From assembly GCF_030144855.1 (NCBI RefSeq), contig NC_082738.1, positions 43,152,001-43,216,000 of the forward strand: a stretch of 64,000 nucleotides of DNA, in the 5' to 3' direction. Origin of the DNA: Hypanus sabinus. Taxonomy: Eukaryota. This document shows, in pieces, positions 49,021 to 62,358 of the stretch. Positions within the stretch are counted from its first letter, which is position 1. Each line of letters opens with the position of its first letter. Below the pieces are notes generated by a model that was not told where the DNA came from, ran no database searches, and saw nothing but the letters and a program-made list of their open reading frames with translations. The position numbers and the translations under genes are program-made.

Positions 49021-49369
49021 ATCAGAGGACTGTCCATGAAATAAATGCTTCCTTCATTGGTGAGGTCTGGAACTTGCTGCTTAAATAGGTGGTGGAAGTA
49101 GAAACCCTCAGTATATTTAAAAAAAAGACTTGGATGAGCATATGAATGACCTGCAGGGTTGTGGACTAAGTGTTCGATTAAACTCAAGTGCACTCTTGAC
49201 TAGACTTCCATCTCTGTGATAAATTTTCATAAATATTCTTAATCTTGTTACTTGGTTTTGATAAATGTTGATTTTGATAAAATCCTTCCAACTCACAGGT
49301 CATGAAGGAAGAATAGGTTAAGGATAAAGAATGATGGGAAATTCTGAGAGGCATGAATTTCCATTACTG

Positions 49370-52210
49370 TAGATAGGCAATCTGTTTCCAATGAGAGGGG
49401 ATCTAAAAATAGAGGGCATAGTTTTAAAGTGAGAGGGAGGATGTTTAAAGGGGTTCTGATGGGTAAATTTTTCACACATACATCAGTTGGTGTCTGGAAC
49501 AAGCTGCCAGAGGAGGTGGCGGAGACAGGAACAGCAACGACATTTAAGAGGCTTATTGACAAGTTCATGAATAAGCAAGACATAGAGGGATATGGATTTA
49601 ATGCAGGCAAGCATTATCTTGTAAGGAGTTTGTACCTTCTCCCCGTGACAACATGTGCTTCCTCCAGATGCTAGAGAACACAGCCTCAGAATAGAGGGGC
49701 GTCCTTTTAAATGGAAATAGGAATTTCTTTAGCTGGAGGGTGGTGAATCTGTGGAAGTTGTTGCCAAGGGCAGCTGTGAAGGCTAAGTCATTGGATATAT
49801 TTAAGACAGACATTGTTAGATTTTTGATTAGTCAGAGCATGAAGAGATACGGGGAGAATGCAGGAGATCGGGGCTGAGAGTGAAAATGATTCAGCCATGA
49901 TGAAATGGTGGAGCAGACTCGATGGGCTAATTCTACTCCTATGTCTAATGGTCTCATTATTTAAAGGGTAGCTGCACCACTTGGCGTGGTATCAACTTAT
50001 ACCTATCAGAAAGCATTACCTTGGATTTCTGGTCTAAAATAGGGTGGTAATGGTAGCTCAACTTGCCAGAAAAATCCTGTACATCTAATAATTTGCTATT
50101 TGAATATAGAAACCAAATCTTGTTTGCTGGCTGTTGACTCCTTTAGTGAAGAGTAGATGTGTGATTTCAAGTGAGCATGGAATTGAAATTCTTTGGGATC
50201 AGACATAAAAATAAAGCTCTTTAGGTGGAGGAGGAAAAGTCCTCAACAAGACTGAACAAAACTCAACAAAAGTGAATGCGGGCTCACTTTTAACAATTAA
50301 GAAAAACTGGGACAGGTACATGGATGAGAGGTGTATGGAGGGATATGGTCTGGGTGCAGGTCAGTGGGACTAGGCAGAAAAATGGTTCGGCACAGCCAAG
50401 AAGGGCCAAAAGGCCTGTTTCTGTTCTATGGTTCTAAGCTCTGGTTTTCTCCCACATGTACGATTTGTAGGTTGATTGATCACATGGGTGTAATTGGGTG
50501 GTGCGGGCTCATCGGGCCGGAAAGCCTGTTACTGTGCTGTATCTCTAAATAAAGTGGGATTAGTATAGGACTGCATGTTTGTAGGCATGGGCTTGGTGGA
50601 TTGAAGGGTTTGTTTCTATGCTGTACAACTCTAGAACTCAATGAATAGAAGCTTAAGCGAAGGTAAGAAGCTTGTCACAAAAGTAACTGCAAAGTAAAGC
50701 AGCTTGATCTCTTGTTTCTGGCCCCCTCTCACCAAAGTGTTAATCATTTAGGTGGAAAATGTGATATTATCCTTATACCTAGTGCACAAAGAAGTCTTAT
50801 TATTAACACCTCTGAGGTAATGTCCTAATGCATCCAGACATTTGGAGGCAATATTAGGTTCCTGATTGTGAGGTAAGCACAATCTTGCCAATCTAACACC
50901 TCAGATTTGTAAGAACTGTGAACATATTTACCCTGTGGACTGCAGGATATTCAGCTAGTGCAGGTAATTTTTTAATTTATTGAGATATAGCGCAGAATAG
51001 GCCCTTCCAGCTGCACCACCCAACAACCCTCAATTTAACCCTAGCCTAATCATGGGAAAATTTACAATGACCAATTAACCTACTAATCGGTACATCTTTG
51101 GACCGTGGGAGGAAACCTGCGCAGTCACGGGGAGAATACAGTATGTTCTCTTCTCTATAAAGTCTTTTTCCCTGATCTCTGTTCACTGTGGTGCTTGCAT
51201 ATGCTTTTTTTTATTGTTCAAAAGCTTCAGCCAATCATGGAGACAAATTATCCCAGGATTTATATGGGCATGAAAGTATTCTATTAAAATGATAGGGTTT
51301 CAAATGCTGTAGATGGCTCAGAATGCAGAAGACTGCCAATTTCAATATTCTTGTTAAATTTCGTAGGATAGACTGTCCTGCTGCAGATGCAGATTCAGTG
51401 ACTGGTTAGACATATACTGTATATGTATGCAATTCATTGTTATAGGATCACAGTCATTCAGCAGAAAACTGGGCCCTTTGGCCCACAATGACTGTGCCAC
51501 CATCAAATGCCTTTCTACACTAATTCCATTTGCTGGTACTTGACCAATAGCCTTTGATGCTGAGGCAATCAATTGCTTTTCCGACATTGAACAGAGAACA
51601 GTATGGCACAGTATAGACCCTTTGACCCACAATGTTGTGTCAGCCTTCTAACTTACTTTAAGATCAGTCTAACCCTTCCCTCCTACATAGGCCTCCATTT
51701 TTCTATCATCCATGTGCCTATTTTAGAGCTTCTAGATACTTCTTAAATATTATTAGAATCTCCGCCTCCAGCACCTCCTCTGACAGTGTGTTCCAGATTC
51801 CAGCCACCCTCTGAATCAAAATAATCTTCTTCAAAGCCCCTCTAAACTTTCTGACTCTTAACTTAAACCTGCATACCCTCTAGTTTTCGATATCTCTGCT
51901 CTGGGGAAATGTTTATTACAATCTCCCTATCTATGCCTCTCGCAATTTTGTATCTGTCAGGCCCACCATTGCCAGCCCCCCCCCTTCCACCCGCAACCCC
52001 TGTCCTCCTCTGCTCCAAGTAAAACAAGCCCAGTCCCTGCAGTCTCTCCTCATCACTGAAATGTTCTATCCCAGGCAGCATATGAGTGAATTTCCACTGC
52101 TCCCCTCTCCAAGAAATCCTCCTGATGGTGTGCTGACCAGAACTGAATGCATGGGGTTAGCTGACTCCTAACGAATATTTTATGAAGTATTGCCATATCT
52201 GCCCTGCTCT
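49370..52210. mobile_element. Cluster of short CR1 3' fragments and SINE pieces, both strands
   Basis: FFTHTSVGVWNKLPEEV (49429+), VVNLWK (49740+), MLPGIEHFSDEERLQGLGL (51863-52081 -). Confidence 0.75.
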
Positions 52211-52660
52211 CATCAGTAGGTTAATAGGGCGGGACAAGTGTGACAAACTGAGATGAGGAAAATACAAAGGAACTTAAAAAAAAAATTCTAATAGGTAGCT
52301 CTATTATTCTGGTCTCCCCAAGGTGACGAAACCAGTGTACATACAGGAAAGTATACTCTTTCAAGAAAATAAGCTTTTATTTATATAGTTCCTTCCATTC
52401 CCTTATGTTATCCTAATGTGCTTTACAGCCAGGACTTGAGAAATGGTATTGGATTGTATTGCTGGTGCAAGGTCTGAAGAAACACACTCAATGTTTTAAG
52501 AACAGCTTCTGCCTCTCCACCATCGGATTTCCAACCCATAAACACTACCAGACTATTTTTGCTCTCTTTTTGCATCACTTATTTCATTCTTGTTGTTCTT
52601 TGTAGTGTTTCTATGTCTTGCACTGTTACGCTCTCACAAAACAACAAATTTCATGACATA

Positions 52661-53247
52661 TGAGGGATGATTGATATGTTTGTGGCCTAAGGTAGAAGGA
52701 GTCAATTTTAGAAAACCTAGCACATTTATTTTTCAACATAATCCCCTCCTACATTTACACACTTAGTCCAGTGGTCGTGGAGCATACGGATCTTGGACCT
52801 CCAGAAAGTGTCCACAGCGGGGTGATTGATAAGTTTGTGGCCTAAGGTAGAAGGAGATGAGTTATACAGTTCTTGTTACATGCACATGCAGGTTAACTCT
52901 TTGAGTGATTATGCAGAAAGTTTGAAGTTAATAACTCATCGGGGTGATTGATAAGTTTGTGGCCTAAGGTAGAAGGAGATGAGTTATTAACTTCAAACTT
53001 TCTGCATAATCACTCAAAGAGTTGAACTGCATGTGCATGTAACGAGAGCTGTATAACTCATCTCCTTCTACCTTAGGTCACAAACTTATCAATCACCCCT
53101 GCTGTGGACACTTTCCGGAGGTCCAAGATCCATATGCTCCACAACTGCTGGACTAAGTGTATAAATGTAGGAGGGGACTATAGTGAAAAATAAATGTCCC
53201 GGGTTTTCTAAAATTGACTCCTTCTACCTTATATCAATCACCCCTCG
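52661..53247. mobile_element. Mariner-derived foldback element inserted at TA in a Rex1 3' tail
   Basis: TA flanks at 52659-52660 and 53248-53249; arms 52661-52940 and 52978-53247 are reverse complements; arm encodes LHNCWTKCINVGGDYSEK*, like a mariner transposase C-terminus. Confidence 0.9.
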
Positions 53248-54279
53248 TATGTCAGTGATATTAAACTAGATTCTGATTCTGATATGATTTTATACTACTT
53301 ACTGCCTTTATCAGGCCCCCTCACTTGTCTGCAGTTCTTGAAAAGCACCATACATAAGCAAGGCCTAACTTTCTAAAGCAAATATTTCAGTGGGATTCCG
53401 CAGGCGTTCCTAATGTGATGTGCTTCCTGTGTTAACTTAACTATCCGTTATCCTGTTATAACTAAAATCAGACAAGAAATGAGTTATGAATGTGTGTCAT
53501 TTTTCAATGTCTATACTAGAATGAATTGACCAATAATAAAAAAAACAAAATGAGTCAAAACAAATCGGATTACAACTCCGGATTTAAGAGTTTGGCAGTA
53601 AATTGATTTAGTTTTAATCTCTGAAAATATAATTTATTGTTTTACTTTTGCTGTGAGACCATGAGTCTTTTTAACATTAAACAAATTGGCTTATTATCAT
53701 TGATTACAAGGATATTGGTAAAGTATTGTCTGTGGAGGAAATACTCGCTTGAAAGAAGTAGAATTCAGAGGTTTACAATTATCAACTGTTTCTGCTGCTA
53801 AGAGAAAAAATATGGATTTTCACATATGATCTTGAAAGGAATATCAAGAAAGAAAATGTATGTGATCCAGCAGTTAAACATTAGTCCTAAATAGCTGTAT
53901 GCTGCTGATACATTTTTACAATTTCCTTTTCCTGAATATTTTAATATGACGCAGGTAAGGCCATGATAGTTGTACTTGACTATTTGGCATTTCCATGACT
54001 TGAAGCACATGCATCAGTGCTGAGAGCTGGAAGTAAGACCGGTTATCTCAGATGTACCAATGTGCTGTCTTTAATGGAAAATATCAGTGTAACTTTAATG
54101 TTAGTGTATTTAGCCTCTACTAATGAGATAGTAGGGAGTTATTGTATTTATGTTTAGTGCAAGCTCAGCTCCACAGCTATCTGAGTGAGTTTGATTTTGC
54201 TTTGTTTCTTAAAATAAACTCTTGAATACTCTCTATGTATATTGGGGGAATTTAGAAATGGTGGCATAGAATAGAATCC

Positions 54280-55390
54280 ATCGACTTATGCTTGCTCTCC
54301 AGAGAGCAATGTAGCCAATGCTTCCCATAACCCAGCAAGTCAAGTGCATAGGCTGATCCCTTCTGAATTTATTGATCATCTTCATTTACAACACCCTCCT
54401 AGGCAGTGAGTTCCAAGTTGTTACTACTCGCTGTGATAGAGTTCTTTCTCATCTCTTCCTCAAAATCTCTTCCCCAAACTCTAAGCTCTGACTTAACTCC
54501 TTGCAACAGCAACTAACTGAGACAACTTTTCGCTGTAAACCGGTCTCCTCTATCAGATTTCCACCCAGCCTTCTTTGCCACAAGGAAAAAAGGCCCAACT
54601 TCTACTTCCTCACCTTACAGCTAAACTGCTTCATCATTGGAAAATCTCAGCAGCTTCTTGGGGACCTTCCCATCCTTCCTGGAGTGTAGTGACTAGAACT
54701 TGGCACATTGTCCTAGATTTGGCTTTACTGGAGCTTAATAAATGTTCAGCTTAATTTGGCTGCTTTTGTAATCAATGTCTCCAATTCATAAAGTCCAAAG
54801 GTTCGTACCCTTTGCTAACTACACTCTCTACATGTATTGTCCCCTTCATAGATGTATGCAGATGAATTCCTAAGTTTCTTTTTTCCTGCCTGCACTTTAG
54901 TATATTTTACTTCTCCCCCCACACTTTCGACCAAAATGCATCTTCTCATAACTACAAACATTTGTACTTACTGCCAGTTACCTCACTGGAATTTAGAGCA
55001 GCAATGAAAGTCCTCCATCTCTGGCAGTGTTCACGGCTTCCTTCATTATATCAATAGCTGGCTCTCAGTTGTCACTGGGTGGAGACTCAGGAAAACAGTT
55101 GCGCTCAGATGTAGAAGGATTCTTCATAGCTGTTTCTGTAACAGTTTGTTCTACCAGTCAGGGTTGTTAGCCCTGAGATGGCTTCTACCCTTTGACCTGT
55201 TTGGCATGGGTGACCCTACCAAGAGCCAAAGCATAAAGCCCTGACTCCAGCCAACACAACTCTCCAGGTCATTGAGGCACACAAGCCTCCAAACCACGAC
55301 AAGATTGTGGTTCTCTTGGAAGATCCACTCATACCTCTCAGTATTAACTTTCATCTGCCCATTTTACTAACCTATCTTTGTCCTGGAATA
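54280..55390 (-). mobile_element. Old CR1 fragment, interrupted at ~54965-55315
   Basis: Degenerate reverse-complement ORF2 C-terminus (GTGACTAGAACTTGGCACA, CCAAAATGCATC). Confidence 0.6.
54965..55315 (-). mobile_element. Short bipartite non-autonomous RTE derivative
   Basis: Minus strand 5' CTTGTCGTGG...GGCTTGTGTGCCTCAATGACC...GGTAGGGTCACCCATGCCAAACAGGTC, then RQRWRTFIAAL-type RTE C-terminal remnant and AGTAAGTA tail. Confidence 0.7.
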
Positions 55391-56099
55391 ATCAGTTTCA
55401 AAGAGATTTATGGCATCTGGCCCCTCACCATTTTCAATATCAGCCATCTTTGACCTCTTTCCTTTGTTGAGAATTTTCTATTGTAATGACGTCAACAAAA
55501 ACCTAAAGGTTAACCATCTACCAATTAACAACTGTCATGTTGCACTGTCCTCTTTTATCAGGAGCAGATCATAAACTGTGGGCTTCTCAGGCAGAAGGGC
55601 CTGTATCGATTTATGATTTCATGACATCCGCATATTTGAATCCCACACACATCCCGTTTCTTATTCTCCCCCTATTCTTGTCAAAACTCTTCAAGTACTA
55701 TAACTGACTTACACACTAGTGGCAATTTACAGTGCCACTTCTCACTAGCCCACAAATCTTCAGGATGTGGGAGGAAACAGCAGAACTTGGGGGGTGGGGG
55801 TGGGCCCACATGCTCACAGGGAGAATGGCTTGCCAATAGAAGGCAGAGGGTGGTGCTGTATTGTTCTATGTTTCCAGTTTGTTGATGAAATCTACAAGTG
55901 AGGCTTAAAATGTTGGACAGATTGGTAATTGGAATCTAGTGTGATTTGATATTGTTTGCATGTTCAGAAAAATGGTCCAAACCCTTATATCTTCAGTGTG
56001 CACAGATAATGAAGAAAATAGTTGACCCTAATTTGTGTAATGGTGACCTATCAACCAAATGTTCACACAACGTTGATACAGAGGCATCTGGAAAACATG

Positions 56100-56980
56100 A
56101 ACACAAAAGATTCTGTAGATGCTGGAAATCCAGAGCAACACACACAATATGTTGAAGAAACTCAGCAGTCACACAGCATCTATAGAAGTGAATAAAGAGC
56201 CAACGGTTCAGGCCAAGACTCTTCTTCAGGACTGGAAAGAAAGGGGAAAGATGTCAGAATAAAAAGGTTGGGGGAGGGGAAGGAGGACTAGCTGGAAGGT
56301 GACAGGTGAAGCCAGGGGGGTGGAGAAGGAGGAATCTGATAGGACAGGAGAGTGGACCATGGGAGAAAGGGAAGGAGGCAGGGCACCAAGGAGAGGTGAT
56401 AGGCAGATGACAAACAGAGGTAAGAGGTCAGAATGGGGAATAGAAGAAGAGGGAAGATGGAAGGAACAAAAAAGATTACCAGAAGGAAAAATTGATATTC
56501 ATGCCATCAGGTTGGAGGCTACCTAGATAGAATATGAGGTGTTGTTCCTCTACCCTGAGGGTGGCTTCATTGTGGCAAAAGAGGAGGCCATGGGCTGACA
56601 TGTGGAAATGAGAATGAGAATAGGAATTAAAATGGTTGGCCATCAGGAAATACTGCATTTGGTGGATGGAACGTAGGTGCTCAATGAAGCAGCCCCGCAA
56701 TTTACTTCGGGTCTCACCAATGTAAAGGTGGCCACATTGGGAGCACCAGACACAAAAACGACCCCAACAGATTTGTAGATGAAGTGTTGCCTCTCCTGGA
56801 AGGACTGCTTGGGCCCCTGAATGGAGGTGAGGGAGAAGGTGAATGGGCACGTGTAGCATTCCTGTCACTTTCAGGGATAAGTGCCAGGAGGGATATGAGT
56901 GGGGAGGGACGAATGGACAAGGGAATTACAGAAGGAGAAATCCCTGTGGAAAGTGTGGTGGTGGGGGAGGTTAAGGTGTA
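56100..56980 (-). mobile_element. Penelope-like element 3' part with GIY-YIG endonuclease
   Basis: ORF 56476..56868: CSQCGHLYIGETRSKL..CFIEHLRS...ANHFNS..HS...EQHLIFYLGSLQPDGMN; terminal repeat with hammerhead remnant at ~56197-56234. Confidence 0.9.
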
Positions 56981-56984
56981 TTTC

Positions 56985-57888
56985 ATTTAAAGGTTCATTT
57001 ATTATCAAAGCATATAACTTAGAAATTCTTCTTCTCTGGGTAGCCATGAAACCAAGAAAGAAAAGAAAGGCAACACAGTCATCAACCCCCAAATCTCACC
57101 TCCCCGCGCAAAAAACGAGCAAAACGAATCAGGCACATTGACCCCTAAATCCCTCTTCCTGCACAAAAACAAAATGAGAAGATCGGGTGGGAAAATACAG
57201 AATATAAAAACAATAAGACTGGAAAAAAAAGTCTATAGTCCAAAGTCCAATTCCAAAACTAAAATGTGGGGACCACTCTCTGGGCCCAGTGGCAGACACT
57301 CTCTCTGGTCCAGAGTGATCAAAAGACAGGCAGCCAGTGCTCACCGCTCCACACTTGCTTCAATGCTGAATCTCCCTCGTCGATTTAAGCAGTGAACAAC
57401 AGGAGCTTTAATTGGCGAAATGGAGCCAAACTCGGGCTTGTGCCCCATCCTGCAGCTCTATGAGGTTCCCGCATGCTGTCTCTGCCTCCCAGAATCCTCT
57501 CAGAGACTGCAGAGCACTGGAACACGCAAACAGTCGCCAAACTTCCACAATGTTTCAATTGCCCTCTTCGCTTTAATCGGTGAACAATGGAAGCTATAAT
57601 CAGCAAAATGGGGTCAAACATAGGCTCACACACCATCTTGCAACCTTCTTGCCATGAGGTTCACTCATGCTGCCTCTGTCTCCTGGAATCTCCTCAGAGA
57701 CTGTAGATGGCTGAAGCACCCAAAGATCTCCAAACGGCAGAACATAGGCTCCAACAGTTCCATAATCACATTCGAGACTAGAAACAAACATAAAAGATAT
57801 AAAACAAGTGAAAAAGATGGTTTCATGATCTATCCAGAAGATGTCGACTGAAGGAGCATTGTACACAGGCGCCATCTTGATTGGAAGT
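56985..57888 (-). mobile_element. Non-coding ~900-bp non-autonomous retroposon (probably Rex1-mobilised)
   Basis: Minus strand begins ACTTCCAATCAAGATGGCG (YY1-type LINE 5' end) and ends GATAATAAATGAACCTT; internal ~75-bp diverged direct repeat. Confidence 0.55.
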
Positions 57889-59359
57889 GTTGCTTTTCAT
57901 TGTTGACTTAGAAGCTTAGTCAAATACACCTTATTAAAATTTAGACTGCAAGCTCCATTTTTTGACATTTTTGTTGGTAATAGTTTGCAAAAAAATATTT
58001 TGTTCTTTGTATAAGCTTTCCCCAAAGCTCCAGCATTTCATTCTATCTCTTTGAATATGAACAAAAGTCTATTCTATCACCCACCCTTGTTATCTTGCAT
58101 TATTGACAATACATCCGGCAAAACAAATGCCTGAAATGGAGGCAGTATGACTGCTAGAAGGGTTGCCTTATTTGTAACGTTTGAAACTTCCAGTGCCGCC
58201 TGATGATGCAATCAGATGTTACAGATAGTGTCTAATCATGTACGCATCATGGCTGACTGATTCTGGACCTGATTATTGTAAATGTTTTGGAAAAGAGATA
58301 GTTATATGTCATTAGAATATGTCTGATTCAATCAAGGTTATGGACAAAAACTTTGTTTTAGACAGGATATGGAGAACTGGGTGGCAAAGGAGTGGGAGTT
58401 TGCATTGGGTGCCTGGAATAAAGTGCTTTCTTCAAGTTCATTGTTAAATGCAATTAAACTGAGTTTTCACCAGTAGTTTTTTTTTAAACTCCAAATGGCC
58501 TAATTCTGCTCCTATGTTTTTGGTCACAATATGGACTTCTACATAAATGATCATTGCTGATGGTTTATAGGTTAATTGTTTCACTGGGATGTTAAATAAA
58601 TATAATGAGAGATATGGGAAAGATTGGGTATGTGAAATCAGCTTACAAAACCATTATGATCCCATGGAACAGCAGAATAAGTAGGAGTTAATGAACATGG
58701 TCACGTTCTTGAGACTGGCATGCTTTTTGATTTGGAATGATTTTGAATGTCAGTGAGAATTTGACCTTTATGTAGTTACATGATATAAATCAGATATCTT
58801 TCTATGAGAGTCTCTGTGCTCACAATATTTCCATATTTTGAAAATACTATATCATGTTTGACAGCAGAAGTATATAAGAAGACATGTTCCTTAAACGGTT
58901 GGACATGCCAAAAATTGAAATCCTATCAGAAATCAACTTTTAGTTGTTTATCTAATGGATGCCAAGTGGAACAGGAAAAGACTGGAACATGAACAACTTT
59001 GATCAGACAGACAACCACGAGTCTTGCTTCCAGTTAAAAACCACAGAATGCTCAAAATATCTGTTTGAAAATAACATAACTTGGAATAATAGAACATGTT
59101 TAGTGGAACTTGGAGAAATCTCTATTTTACAACCTTAGTATTTATTAATTTAAAGAATATGTACACCACAAGCCACTTGTGTTGAGATCCAAATTTTTTT
59201 GCTATTTGTTTTTTTTTTGGCAGTAAAAATACTGGCTGAATAATTCTCAAAATATATGCTTTTCTTAAAAAGAGTTGGCCTACATAATTGTCATTGAACT
59301 TCAAAGTATTCGTCACATTTCATTTTGACCCCCAAGGAGAGGTTTAAATAATAAATAAA

Positions 59360-60930
59360 AGCCGTGGATGAAACAAGAGGTACATCATCAGCTGAAGGCT
59401 AGATCTGTGGCGTTCAAGTCTAGCGACCCAGGCCTGTACCAGAAAACCAGGTATGATTTGCAGAGGGCTATTTCAAGGGTGAAGAGACAATTTTGAATGA
59501 GGTTGGAGGCAACATCGGATGCACGACAACTCTGGCAGGGCTTGCAAGACATTCCTTCCTACAAAATGAAACCCAATAGCTTGAATGGCAGTGATACTTC
59601 ACTACCAGATGAACTCAACGCCTTCTATGCACGCTTTGAAAGGGAGAACACAACTACAGCTGTGAAGATCCCTGCTGCACCTGATGACCCTGTGACCTCT
59701 GTCTCAGAGGCCAATATTAGGCTGTCTTTAAAGAGAGTGAACCCACACGAGGCAGAAAGTCCCGATGGAGACCTGAAAACCTGTGCCAACCAACTGGCAA
59801 GATTATTCAAGGACACTTTCAACCTCTCACTACTATGGGCGGAAGTTCCCACTTGTTTCAAAAAAGCAACAATTATACCAGTGTCTAAGAAAAATAATGT
59901 GAACTGCCTTAATGACTATCGCCCGGTAGCACTCACATCTACAGTGATGAAATGCTTTGAGAGATTGGTCATGACTACACTGAACTCTTGCCTCAGCAGG
60001 GACCTGGATCCATTGCAATTTACCTGTCGCTACAATAGGTCAATGGCAGATGCAAATTCAATGGCTCTTTTCATGGCTTTAGACCACGTGGACAACACAA
60101 ACACCTATGTCAGGATGCTGTTCATTGACTATAGCTCAGCATTTAATACTATCAATCCCACAATCCTGTTTGAGAAGTTACAGAACCTGGGCCTTTGTAC
60201 CTCCCTCTGCAATTGGATCCACGACTTCCTAACTGGAAGACCACAATCTGTGCGGATTGGTGATAACATATCCTCCTTGCAGACGATCAACATTGGCACA
60301 CCTCAGGGGTGTGTACTTAGCCCACTTCTCTACTCTCTATATACCCATGACTGTGCGGCTAGGCATAGCTCAAATACCATCTACAAATTTTGCTGACGAT
60401 ACAACCACTGTTGGTAGAATTTCAGATGGTGACGAGATGGCGTACAGGAATGAGATATGCCAACTAGTGGAGTGGTGCCACAGCAACAACCTGGCACTCA
60501 ATGTTAGTAGGACGAAAAAGCAGATTGTGGACTTCAGGAAGGATAGGACAAAGGAACATATACCAAACCTCATAGAGGAATCAGAAGTGGAAAGAGTGAG
60601 CAGTTTCAAGTTCCTGGGTGTCAAGATCTCTGAGGATCTAACCTGGTCCCAACATATTGATGCAGTTATAACAAAGGCAAGACAGTGACTATACTTCATT
60701 AGGAGTTTGAAGAGATTTGGCATGTCAACAAATACACTCAGAAACCTCTATAGTTGTACCATGGAGAGCATTCTGACAGGCTACGTCACAGTCTGGCATG
60801 AGGTCCTACTGCACAGGACTGAAAGAAGCTGCAGAAGGTTGTAAACTTAGTTGGCTCCATCTTGGGTACTAGCCTACAAAGCAACAAGGACATGTTCAAG
60901 GAGCAGTGTCTCAGAAAGGCAGCATCCATT
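59360..60930 (+). mobile_element. Rex1/Babar LINE RT region
   Basis: ORF 59497..60396 (NDYRPVALTSTVMKCFERL, FIDYSSAFNTI, GTPQGCVLSPLL) frameshifting into FADDTT (ORF 60257..60688). Confidence 0.93.
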
Positions 60931-62358
60931 ATAAGACCATAAGATATAGGAGCAGAAGTATTTTATTTGGCCCATTGAGTCTGCTCCACCATTCAATCAA
61001 GGCTGATCCAATTCTTCCAGTCAACCCAACTCCCATGCCCTCTGCCCATACTCTTTGATACCCTGGCTAATCAAGAACCTATCTATCTCTGTCTTTAATG
61101 CACCCAATGACTTGGCCTCCACAGCTGCTCGTAGCAACAAATTCCACAGATTTACCACCCTCTGACTAAAGTAATATCTCTGTATCCCTGTTCTAAATAG
61201 ACGTCCTTCAATCTTGAAGTCGTGCCCTCTTGTCCTAGACTCCCCTATCATGGGAAATAACTTTGCCATATTTTAATCTGTTCAGGCCTTTTAACATTCA
61301 GAATGTTTCTATGAGATTGAATTCAATTGAATTGACTTTATTTCTTACAACCTTCACATACAGGAGGAGTAAAAATCTCCATCTAAATGTGCAATGTACA
61401 TAGTAATTTATAATAAATAGAACAGTCAATGTAATATAGAGTACACTCAAATCAATGTGAGTTCATCAGTTTGATGGCCTGATTGAAGAAGCTGTCCCAG
61501 AGCCTATTGGTTCTGGCTTTTATGCTGCGGTACCATTTCCCAGATGGTAGCAGCTGGGACAGATTGTGGTTGGGATGGTTTAGGTCACCAATGATCCTAT
61601 GGGCCCTTCGTACACACCAGTGCTTGTAAATGTCCTGAATCTTGGGAAATTCACAACTACAGATACGCTGGGCCCTCCACACCACTCTCTGTAGAGTCCT
61701 GCGATTAAGGAAGGTACAGTTCCCTTACCAGGCAGTGATGCAGCCAGTCAGGATGCTTTCAATTTGCCACTGTAGAAAGTTCTTAGGATTTCGGGGCCCA
61801 TACCAAATTTCCTCAACCATCTGAGGTAAAAGAGGCACTGTTGTGTATTGTTTCCCCCCCCCCCCCCATTCTCCTGAACTCCAGGGAATACAGCCCAAGA
61901 GCTGCCAGATGTTCCTCATATGGTAACCCTTTCATTCCTGGAATTATTCTCATGAATCTTCTCGGAACCCTCTCCAATGTCAGTATCTCCTTTCTAAAAT
62001 AAGGAGCCCAAAACTGCACACAATACTCCAAGTGTGGTCTCACGAGTGCCTCATAGAGCCTCAGCATTACATTCCTGCTCTTATATTCTATACCTCCAGA
62101 AATGAATGCCAACATCGCATACGTCTTCTTCACCATCGACTCATCCTGGAGGTTAACCTTTAGGATATCTTGCACAAGGACTCCCAATTCCCTTTGCATC
62201 TCTGCAATTTGAATTTTCTCTCCATCTAAGTAATAGTCTGCACATTTATTTCTTCCACCAAGTGCATGACCACACACTTTCCAACATTGTATTTCATTTG
62301 CCGCTTCTTTGCCCATTCCCCTAAATTATCTAAGTCTCTCTGCAGGCTCTCTGTTTCT
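60931..62358 (-). mobile_element. CR1 LINE nested in Rex1, itself split by a minus-strand Rex1 (~61318-61852)
   Basis: ORFs 61813..62316 and 61021..61269 are consecutive CR1 ORF2 parts; AGGCAGCATC at 60917-60926 and 62359-62368 flanks the insert; inner piece has IESILTGCITAW. Confidence 0.88.
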
